The notes beneath the pieces are model-generated. The model had not been told where the DNA came from. It worked only from the letters and a program-made list of their open reading frames with translations, and searched no databases. From Saprolegnia diclina VS20 (Eukaryota): a stretch of 64,000 bases of DNA. Shown in pieces: positions 37,515-47,862 of the stretch. The position numbers were made by a program, and so were the translations under genes. Each line of letters begins with the position of its first letter. Within the stretch, counting starts at the first letter, position 1. Location: assembly GCF_000281045.1 (NCBI RefSeq), contig NW_008246069.1:761274-825273 (forward strand), in the 5' to 3' direction.

Positions 37515-38455
37515 AGACCCTTTTGCGGGCTTTGTTGTAGGAAAATAGCAAACTTGACTGTAGTAATAAATCAGTTAGCTCGTTCGAGCGAAAGGCTCTC
37601 TGAAAGACACCAAGCACAGTTAGTAGTCGAGTTGCTTACATCGCGTCGGACAGGGATGGCTAGCTCGGAGTATCTACCATTGCCCACGTCCCTCGAGCCC
37701 TAGCTGTCCTAGCCTAGGACTCCTTGCTGCCGCTCTGCGACAAGAGCATTCCAGAAAGGATACAAGAGTACCAGTCCCGATACTAGGTAGATTCAAATGC
37801 ACGACAGAAAATAGTTGGTGTACTGCGGTACTAGATATCCCGAGCAAAGTAGCCGCTGCCAACTTTTGTTGTTGTTGGAATGAGTCTATTGAGATATTAT
37901 TTCCTACAGGTTTTTCTGTTTTGTTTACACGGTGCGTTGAGAGGCGGGCGTCTTTTGGCGAGAGTGCGTATTTTTCGTGATTTGTTGTGGGAGGTTTTCC
38001 TTCGAGGCCAACTTTTGTTGAAGTGGACACATGATCATCAGATGCGGTACCACTCCACTAGTAGGTTGCAGTTTCTTTTTGCAGCTTGTTGATGCCCTTG
38101 AGCTGCTGGACCCCATACCCCACAACAATAAAACGAGTGTGTTTGCTTCTCTGCTCTGGTTCTATTACTCAATTCGACTGCGGTAAACTCATCGAATTTT
38201 ACACTACGATGCTTTTACGACCGTGGGACGTGGTTCAAACAAGATGCTATTTCTCGTCAAGCGATAGACACCTCAGCTGCCTTGAATTCATCAAGAATAG
38301 GACAACACTCCATATCGGACAGGGCCTGAGACACTGTCGTCTTGTCGAAATCCAGGATCCATGAAAAGCTCCCTTCAACTCCTGGTTGAATGATGAATGG
38401 ATCATCGGCGCCCGTGTCTCGAGGAGACATTGGCATCCGAAGTTCACTGTGAAAT

Positions 38456-38809
38456 ATGCTTCGCTCGACTCTCGTGCTTCTCTTTGCTACGATCGGCACT
38501 GTTGGCGCTCAGTCCAGCTTCCACGAATCGTTCCAACGAGACCAGGATCAATGGTCGACAATATTCATCGTCTTTGTGATCCTCTGCGTTGTGGGTGCAG
38601 CTGTTCAGTTGCTATGTTGTCGGTCGCGCCGGCCTCCGCTCCAGAGCCAATGGCGTCGTCGCAATTCATTCGACAACGGCGCGATCCCGCAGTACATCAG
38701 CTACGCCCCCCCATCACCCGTGTTCTCTTCCGTGCCACTGGCAGTTGCAATTGCCGTCGAGATCCAACCAGCCCAAGCAACCAACACTGGGACGGATTGC
38801 AATTGTTGA
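38456..38809 (+). CDS. Small type I membrane protein; kinase-less paralog of the 40022 gene N-terminus
   Basis: Signal peptide, TM, CCR, AIPQYISYAPP; aligns with CCRQR..AIPHYIVYNPP of the 40022 gene. Confidence 0.7.
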   Translation: MLRSTLVLLFATIGTVGAQSSFHESFQRDQDQWSTIFIVFVILCVVGAAVQLLCCRSRRPPLQSQWRRRNSFDNGAIPQYISYAPPSPVFSSVPLAVAIAVEIQPAQATNTGTDCNC

Positions 38810-39033
38810 TGCCCCTTGGTACAAGATGCAGTAAAATACATACCTTTGGTGCATGCAATAATAATAATATTACGGTAGTTTTGAAGTAGCTTGGCATCAA
38901 ACGCGAGGACCCATCATACAAGGGGCAATACGGCTCCCGGTACAATGTACAATGTACAATCGTCGTGAAAATCCTCTTGTTGAAAAACATCGTTCATCGT
39001 TCGTCCAGCAGTTTTCTTTCGCTTTTACTGTTA

Positions 39034-39627
39034 CTGTTCGTTTGGGCAAAACGAAAATGGGCTTCACAAGAAAAAGGAAAAATTAAAATCTAAAACCATA
39101 TAAAAAATCGCCAGAATTTTATACGTCGATTGGAATGCAATACAATGCGAAATGGGCTGGTTTCATGACGATATCCAGCTTTAAAAATCGCTTCGTTTGG
39201 CGAATTAAAAGCCAGATTCCTTCGCAATTCCGATTGAAAATAGAGTTTTTTTAATCCGTCGCTTGAATAAAAATGCAATATTTTTATTCCGTATCACTGT
39301 CACACAATGCGTGCTTATTATTGGCTGGTGAACAAAAACATTCAAAAAATTAAAATAACGTGTCGAAAAAAATAAAACAATACGGTGGCAAATTTCACGC
39401 CGCGAGCGCCGCCGCGCATTTTTTTCTTTCATGAGCGCAACCGTGCTTGATGCACGGGCCCCGCGAACACTACGCCGAATATGGAAAAAGCGGCGACGTA
39501 ACGCGATGCACGCTAATTTTATACGTCGCGTGACGTCGCCACTTTTTCCATATTCGGCGTTGTGCTCGCGGGGCCCGTGCAGCAAAATTTGCCTCCATAC
39601 CCATTTTCGTTTTGCCCAAACGAACAG
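39034..39627. mobile_element. MITE (non-autonomous Tc1/mariner-type DNA transposon), 594 bp
   Basis: Perfect 28 bp terminal inverted repeats CTGTTCGTTTGGGCAAAACGAAAATGGG (39034-39061 / 39600-39627) flanked by TA on both sides; largely AT-rich noncoding interior. Confidence 0.88.
39451..39581. repeat. Internal inverted repeat: 56 bp arms, 4 mismatches, 19 nt loop
   Basis: 39451-39506 is the reverse complement of 39526-39581 at 52/56 positions. Confidence 0.9.
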
Positions 39628-40021
39628 TAGACCAACCGTCCATGTAATGCCGCGTCCACAGCAAAAATCAGGACACGATGGACATGGGCGCGTGCTACAG
39701 AGTGGGAGTAATTTTGTGGGAGTCTCGGGCGGTTGAATTCGACTCGTGCGGCTTGCCAAGCGGCAACTACGTAGCTACACGACGTGCAGCGTGCAAAGCA
39801 CATTTGGGGCAACTACTTTGCGTTCACAGCCTCGTGCATCTATTCGCGGTGTGCATGTTGTGTCCAAATGAACGACACTGCAGCGAACATTACACAAGTC
39901 AACAAACACTACATGGATCTAGACTGGATTTACATCGCCAGTAGTGAGACGTGGCACTACAGGATCGTCTTGCTCGCCTGCACCGAGCAACATTGCTGGT
40001 GGACGAGATCATTTTTAAAAG

Positions 40022-41226
40022 ATGCTCCGCCTTGCTAACCTACTTATCGCTGTTGTTGCGGTGCAGGCTCAGAACGACTTTCTCACTTTTGAGTCGTGGA
40101 CCGCGATGTGGGTCGTCGGCACCGTTGTCGTGGGCGTCGTTGTCGTCGTCGTGAGTGTCATCCTTTCTGTTGCATGCTGCCGCCAGCGCCCTGCGCCGAT
40201 CCAAACTCGCGTCGCCATTCCCCACTACATTGTGTACAACCCTCCACCGAGCCAAGTCCAGGTGGCCATGGCAACACCGATCGCGATTGCAGCCCCACCC
40301 GTCGCCACCACGAGCAGCGCGAACGCTGCTTCATCTATCAGCGGCATCGACCCTCGCGAGCTCGTCGAGCGCCGCGAGCTTGCGTCGGGGGTGCGGACGT
40401 CGGTTTTCGCGTGCACGTATCGAGGTACCACCGTCGCCGTCAAGTCCCTTAAATTACCGGCCGGCGCTCTTGCAAAACACCGATTCCTTGCGGAGTGCCA
40501 TCTTCTCGCGCGGTTCGTAGAGCACTGTTGCTAGCTTGAAACACTCATGTTCCGATTAGGATGCAATCTCCGCACATCGTGTCGTACATTGGTGTGACGA
40601 CGCCAGACGGGCTCGATCGCAGTGGGATGCTCGTCACCGAGTATCTCGGCCTCGGAGATCTCCGCAACTTTGTGGCGTCAGTGCCGCTGAGCGCGCTCTC
40701 GTGGCGGCAGAAACTCGAGATGGCCCACGACATCGTCCTCGGCCTCGTCTATCTACACGCCTCTGGGGTTCTGCACCGCAACCTCACGTCCCGCAACGTC
40801 CTCGTGACCGACGCGGTGCGCGCCAAGCTGTCAGACATGAGTGTTGCCCGCGAGATGGACGAAGCAACCATGACGGCCGGCATTGGAACCTACCGCTGGA
40901 TGGCGCCTGAGATGCTCCAAGACGGTCACTACGCCACGTCGGCCGACATGTTTTCGTTTGGTGTGCTATTGTCCGAGCTCGACACGCACCAGCTGCCGTA
41001 CGCAGACCACCTAAGTGCTAGCGGGCGGGCGTACACGGAGCCTACCGTCATGGTCAAGGCCATGACGGGCGAGTTTCGCCCGACGTTCTCATACGCGTGC
41101 CCACGTTGGTTCAGCGAGCTCGGAGCCAAATGCATGGCTAGCGACCCGCAGGCTCGCCCAACAGCTATGGAAGCGTCGTACGCGATCGAATTGGAGCTTC
41201 AATGCCTCGAGCTTTCGAGTGCGTAG
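40022..41226 (+). CDS. Transmembrane TKL pseudokinase with minimal ectodomain; intron 40513-40559
   Basis: Signal peptide, Val-rich TM; degenerate motifs ASGVRTSV, HRNLTSRN, DMS; retains GIGTYRWMAPE. Confidence 0.88.
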
Positions 41227-42628
41227 CTCAACAATGCATTATTCCAACGTTAGTTTTAGCAGGACGCTTTTCGTAAACATGAAATTGAGTGAACAAAAAC
41301 GCATGACGCGCTCATGGCATGCAACACCGTCTTCGAACCAGCTACCGCCACACGACCGACGGGTGTCTGCCAACAACGAATGTCCTTGGTGCGGTTTGGA
41401 GATGGTTTGCGCGCAGTTAATGTCGCTCTAGCGTCTGTAGCCAATTCCCACCCACATGGACGTCGTCAACACCCCGACTTAACGATTTTGCCCGTAATTT
41501 TGGTTATTGCCTCGGAACATTTTTCACATTCAAAAGACCTTGGTGTGAGCCGACAACGCCTTTTGCGTGCGTCGCCCTCCAAGCTCTCCAATCTACGGCA
41601 AACAAGATGTATGCCTTGGGATTCAACGCGGTGCTTGTTGTGTCTGGACGATTGGGACAACCCACGCTCCAACCAACGCAAGCCAGAATACGACCAGATT
41701 GGCCGTGGATGGCTCGAGAAGGTGTTAGGGGAAGAGGCAACTAGTTGGAAGATATAATTATCTCCAACTAGGTATCACATGCTTAGAACCATAGATTAGG
41801 AGCGACCCTACAGACCAGGCGCCTCTTCGAGTGCCCAGGCCGAAGCTCGCTTCGTCAGCTCACTTCATCTTTTGCTCTGCGGAGTAACTCAAGACAATGC
41901 CTGCTTTTCGGGAGATGGCTCTCCCTCGCATTGTGTTTGATTTCCACCGCCGGCGTCACGTTGTATGGAACAGATTACTGAGCGGGGCTCGAGCTTTGTT
42001 GGCGCCGGCGCTGCTCAACGTCAAATCAGGAAAACCAAATGAGACGTCGCGCGCTACATGTGTGAAATACATGATGCACACCGATGCACACCAGTGAACC
42101 AGTGAATGCAAATGCCGCAAGCGCGCAACAGCGTTACGGTTACCGCCTGAACCGGAACATACAGGACCAGCAGTGACTAGAGGTACCCTCTCTCCCACCG
42201 TAGTAGCGCATGTCTCTGCGCTGGTGCGTACCGGTACTGACCGGTACTCGTGATTTGCTCAGCAATCCGAGTTCATGACCGGTCAACGTGGATGTTTCGA
42301 GCGGTCAACACGATATTCGGCTATTAAACAGCAAATGTAAGTTTGTGCTCGTGCACAACCTGCTGGGTACTGCCGCCTGTAGTATTTGAAAAGTGCCCAC
42401 TTTCTCTCTTTCGCCTTCGCGATATGCGCATGTATCCTGCCATCTTGTCACTGGTCATTGCAAATGGTGTCAAAAGATCTCACATTGACCAATCAGCACG
42501 ATGTATCATGAAAGGGCGCAAGATCCGGTCCCACGCACCCGGCGCGACATGGGTCACTGCATCGCATTTCTTTCGGCACCCAAGAGTCAGCGCCATCAGC
42601 CGACGTCACTTGCCAACTTGAGCTACCG

Positions 42629-44233
42629 ATGATGTCTCGACTCCTTGTCGCCGCTGCTATGCTGGTCGCGTCGGCCGCCGGGCTCGTTTGCAATCGGACG
42701 GACCCGTGCTACAACCATGCGCTCAACCTCTGCTGTCCCGGCGACAAGACCCAGCACGATGGTCATGGTCGTCCGTTCTGTGATATCCAGCTCACGGGTA
42801 CCTGCCAGAACCAAACAACTTGCTACGACATCACGTCGATCTGTGTCTGCAGCGGTGACCGTCCGTGTCGGTCCGCGTCCGGCGCGTGCTTGCCGTGGTC
42901 CAACGGGTGCTCCAAGCTGAACGCAGCAATGCAGTTCTGCCCGTCGGGGTCAATGCCATCGCCGATTGCGACAACGCCGACAGTCGTTTCGCCGTCGTCC
43001 GACAAAAATGTTGTCGCCGACTCCTTCGACAGCGTCGCGAACGCCGCAACGACCATCACGATCATCGTGTGCCTCACGCTAGTGTGCATTGCAGCGATGG
43101 TGCTCTTTTGCATTTGTCGACGCAAGCCCGTCGCCGAGCCACCTATTTTGCGCAGCGGTGCAGAGACGTCGGACCGCGAGGAAGCACTGCTACCTCCTCT
43201 TGTTCACCCGCGCCACGCCTCGTCGTACGCACCGACGCACACAACCTCGACCGTCGCGTCCTTTCAGAGCCAAGGGTCGTCCCAGGACTCGGCGCTGTCG
43301 TCGTCGCGCGAGTTTGACTTGTGCGAACTCGAGATGTACCGGATCCAGTCGTTTGAAATTTCCATCGTCAAGGCCCTCGCCCAGGGCGCCCACGGAGAAG
43401 TGTGCATGGGTATGTACCAGGGCATTGCGGTCGCCGTCAAGAAGATGCTGCCCAAATCCCTCTCCCACGACGAAGTCCAGAAGTTTGTGCTCGAGATCAA
43501 GCTCATGGCCAAGTAGGCATCCATCCGATCAGCATGCGGCGAGACTCATCGTGTTTATGGTAGGCTCAACTCGTCGTACATCGTACGGTTCATTGGCGCT
43601 TCGTGGCTCCGTCCCAGCGACATTATGTTGGTGACTGAGTTTATGGACATGGGCGACCTCCGCAATTTTCTCCAGCTCACGTCGGACGCGACGTTGTCGT
43701 GGCAGCAAAAGCTCCAGCTGGCCCTCGACATTGTCCACGGTCTCGTCTACCTCCACTCGCTCGACCACAAAATCATCCATCGCGACCTGAAATCCCGCAA
43801 CGTGCTTCTCAACACCAAACTCAGCGCCAAGCTCACGGACTTTGGCATCTCCCGCGAAATGGACGATATGACTATGACGGCCGGCATTGGCACATACCGG
43901 TGGATGGCGCCCGAGGTGCTACAGGACGGTCACTACGCCGAGTCCGCCGACATGTTTTCGTTCGGCGTCATTCTCTCGGAGCTCAGCACCCACCAGTTGC
44001 CGTACTCAAACTACGTCAACGGCAGCGGACGTCCGTACACGGACACGGCTATCATGGCGCGGGTGATGATGGGCGACTTCCAGCCAACATTTGCGGACGA
44101 CTGCCCCGAGTGGTTCAAAGCTTTTGGCAAGCACTGCATGGCGTTTCAGCCCGACGACCGGCCGCGCGCCGCCCAAGCCGCCTATGTTTTGCAAACCGAG
44201 TTGCGAAAAATCGAGGCCACGACAAAACTATAA
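42629..44233 (+). CDS. Receptor-like TKL kinase 3 (12-Cys ectodomain); intron 43513-43563
   Basis: Signal peptide MMSRLLVAAAMLVASAAG, DGHGRPFC ectodomain, TM, AQGAHG, HRDLKSRN, DFG, APE. Confidence 0.93.
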
Positions 44234-44965
44234 TCGTATATCTAGTGATTTTGGAGATGTACACATTTCAGCAGGTCGAATGGCGCCTACAGATAGCTGT
44301 ACTTGCAGTCTCACCTTCGTTTCTGACGATCTTGTACTTTTAAGAGGACATTAGTGTACTCGCCCAACGAGAAATCGCTTGGTAGATCCACCGTTGCTTT
44401 TGGTCAATGCACTGTCTTTGGGGCCATCGCATAGCGGTCCCAGTGACCAGAAAAGCAGCTTTGAATACAACTGCGAAGCTTAGTTCGTGAATCACGACGT
44501 GGCTATCATTGCGACGGACCGTTCCTGAACTTTGCAACGATTCACAAACGGCACAAATCAGCGTGGCACGACCACAAATGCATGAATTGTGATCGCCATT
44601 GCAACCAGCTATCAGTCCCAGCGAAAAATGATAAGTGCAAAGTCAAAGGAGCACCTGGTGTGGTATGCGCAGTCCATTTAAATCATTTACTGGCAGACAT
44701 TAGTAGTGATCAGCCTCCGCGAAACGCGCCATACACCCTTTTTCAAAAGATATACATCGATATACCACACCTCCATAGAGACTTTCATTTGTGTTCATTG
44801 TGCAGTGGGAAGCGTCGTCGAGAACAGCAGCGGTTAGTGCTTAGTGCCCTGTTTAAGAAAGGCACCCAAATATTGTTTTAGGTGCTCCTTGTGTGTGCCG
44901 AAACCGGATGGTGCCAGTTACTGGCGAGATTCTGGCAGCATTCCCGTCGCACAAGTCAACACGCC

Positions 44966-46490
44966 ATGACCACCACGCAGTGCCAGCCGGCAGCACCGTG
45001 CTTCGAGGCGAGCTCTGGCACCTGCGCGCTCGCTGATGCGACGCTCGAGGACGGCCGTGGTCGACCGTTCTGTGACCGCGCTGCGGGGCTTCAGTGCCAG
45101 AACGGCAACATCTGCTACGACAGCTCGTTTGGCTGTGTCTGCTCTGGGCTGCGCCCGTGTCGCCAAGGCACGGGAGCCTGCATGCCGTCTTCTGCATCTT
45201 GCTTTGCAAGCACGAACGCTTCGGCGCTTCAAAATTGCGTCGGCGGGTCGTCTGGTGCCGCCAGCTTAGTGAATTCGCTAACGACAACAATGCCGGCGGC
45301 GACGGCGACGCCGGGCGGTACCGACATTGTGTCGACGATCACAACGTGCGCACTCGTGCTTGGCGCGCTTGTCGCTATCGCCATCGTCGTCTTTGCGATC
45401 CGCGCGCGCCGCCGCCGCCTCGCGATGGCCGACGAGCCCGCCCTGCTCACTGACCACGAGAGCATTCCTGCACTTCTGAGCGGCCGGCAGCGCTCTACGC
45501 GCAAGCCCTCGTCGTCGCCGCGCCCACAGACACTTGTAGGCAGCAGTGTTGGCACCACTGGCTCGGCAGTGTCGTCGTCGTCCGGCAGCAAGGGCGCGTA
45601 TGCGATGGGCGACCTCGACATGCACCGCGTCGACATTGGCGACATCACCATCATGCGCACACTCGCCCAGGGCGCGTACGGTGAGGTGCTCCTTGGTCGG
45701 TATCAGGGCGCCGTCGTCGCTATCAAGCGGCTTCTACCGACGACACAGACCCGCGACGACGTTGAAAAGTTCATTCGTGAAGCCCAACTCGTCGCAAGGT
45801 ATATCATTTCGTTGGACGTCTATCTCAGCGGCGCGTAGACTGGACTCGACGTACATTGCGGCGTTTGTCGGCGTCGCGTGGACCAAGCCGCAGGAGCTGC
45901 TCCTGATGACCGAGTTCCTTCCGCGAGGCGACCTGCGATCGCTGCTGGAAGCCGACGCCAACTTGCCGTGGCCCGCCAAGCTTCGCATCGCCCATGACAT
46001 TGCCGAGGGTCTTGTGTACTTGCACATGCTCGAGCACAAGGTGCTGCATCGCGACCTGAAATCGCGCAACGTCCTTCTGACCGACGATCTGCACGCCAAG
46101 CTCACCGACTTTGGCATCTCCCGCGAGCTCGACGACGCGACCATGACCGCCGGCATTGGCACATACCGCTGGATGGCACCCGAGGTGCTCCAGGACGGTC
46201 ACTACGACGAGTCGGCCGACATGTACTCGTTCGGCGTCATACTCTCGGAGCTGGACTCACACAAGCTACCGTACTCGGACGTCGTGACGAGCACGGGCCG
46301 ACCGCTGACGGACACGGCCATCATGGCCAAAGTCATGCTGGGGCAGCTCCGTCCGACCTTCTCCGATGTGTCTCCGTCGTGGCTGCGGGAGCTTGGCATA
46401 CGCTGCCTGTCGGAGGATCCGTACTTGAGGCCACGCGCTGCTGAAGCCGCTTACAAGATTCAGGTTGAGCTGCGGCGCTTCGAGCACTAG
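44966..46490 (+). CDS. Receptor-like TKL kinase 4 (12-Cys ectodomain; start uncertain); intron 45799-45838
   Basis: DGRGRPFC ectodomain, TM CALVLGALVAIAIVVFAI then RARRRR, AQGAYG, HRDLKSRN, DFG, APE. Confidence 0.9.
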
Positions 46491-46785
46491 TGGCATTAAT
46501 TTATCGAGGAAATTCCACTATTGTGCAATACAACGGACGTGTGCTCTGATGCACGAGCCAGCAACTCGCCTCGCTCAGTCGTTTTCTACGCTGCTGACGA
46601 CATTGCGCGGGTCTCAATCTTCGCGAGCACTACTTCGTGTATTCAATGGTCTGCATAGTAATGACAATAGTGTATGGCAAAGGATGATGAATGCCGTCGA
46701 TGCTTACGTGGCACACTCCCAAACCAGAAGAACACGCCGAAGGGCATGTCGCATCCGGATACCATTGAAACGGCGCCAGGCGGAA

Positions 46786-46801
46786 GCTCATTTTCGTATT
46801 T
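46786..46801 (+). promoter_or_regulatory. Oomycete Inr/FPR-like core promoter element
   Basis: GCTCATTTTCGTATTT ending 34 nt before the HAD ATG; resembles the oomycete GCTCATTYYNCAWTTT element. Confidence 0.55.
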
Positions 46802-46834
46802 CATCGGTCCGCCGCACTGTTATTCGAGCGCGTC

Positions 46835-47544
46835 ATGGAAGCAGTCATATTTGACCTCGGTAAGCACGTTTTCTCCAGTAGAGACAGCTTGTCCATCAAC
46901 ACGAGGCCGTAGATGGAACGCTTTTGGACACGGAGATGTTGAGCGTCGCGGCGTTGACGCAGATTTGCGGCAGTGGCTACAACATGGAGCTCCAGAAGCG
47001 CATCATGGGTACGCCCGCGCACCAGTGGACGCGCGTCGTCATTGAAGCGATGGGTCTCTCGCTCACGCCCGACGAGCTCACGCACGAGTGGCACGTTGTG
47101 ATGAAAGCCAAGTACAACGACGCGGTCATCCTTCCCGGCGCCCTCGAGCTCCTCGCCAAGCTGCCGTCGCACATCAAGATTGCACTCGCAACGTCGTCGC
47201 CGGCGTCGGCGGTTGCTGTCAAGCGCGCGGTGCATCCGACGCTCTTTGAGCGCTTCCAAGTGATCGTGACGGGCGACCACCCGGCCGTCCGGAACGGAAA
47301 GCCAAGCCCTGACATCTTCTTGGAGGCCGCGCGCCAACTTGGAGTCCACGATGTCTCGAAGTGCATCGTTGTCGAAGACACCATGCACGGTGTGACAGCA
47401 GGCAAAGCCGCGGGGATGCGCGTCGTCGCTGTTCCCGATGCCCGCTTCTACGCCACGGCTGACTACCCCGGCCGCTTTGACCACGCCGATGTCATCTTGC
47501 CGTCGCTGCTTGCGTGGGACATGGAGATTCTGAACCGCTGCTAA
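46835..47544 (+). CDS. HAD-superfamily phosphatase (HDHD1/pseudouridine-5'-phosphatase-like); intron 46860-46912
   Basis: AVIFDL|DGTLLDTE, LATSS, GKPSPDIF, VVEDTMHGVTAGKAAGM. Confidence 0.9.
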
Positions 47545-47862
47545 AGCAAATGACGATACGTTTCGCTTGCTCGCATGTGTCCAATTTTGATCGGGTGAGC
47601 CGACCATGTGCGGTTGAAAAAGGCCGACCATTCTTTGGCAGCTGGGCGTCTCTGCCATTGCGCCATCGCGATTGGCCGGTTTCAGATCCAGTGTCGACAA
47701 CCACGCACACCTAGTCGAGCCGTCGACGAAATAGCATTTAGCCGTCGACCGAAGAGCGTCATGTTGTCCAGGAAGTGGCCGCTGAAACCGCCCACATTGC
47801 CCTTTCGGTCGAAACCGGATGCGCCAGTGGCCGTCGTCCGGATAGTCGACGAGAAAGGCGGG

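Noticed and set aside
37755..37765. GTATCCTTT on the minus strand (U12-donor-like); also GTATCCTT at ~63139
   Set aside because: Not within a supported gene, and no matching branch point or acceptor restoring a frame.
39205..39812. ORFs overlapping the MITE (e.g. 39205..39759, 39431..39736)
   Set aside because: By-products of the inverted repeat; no transposase motifs.
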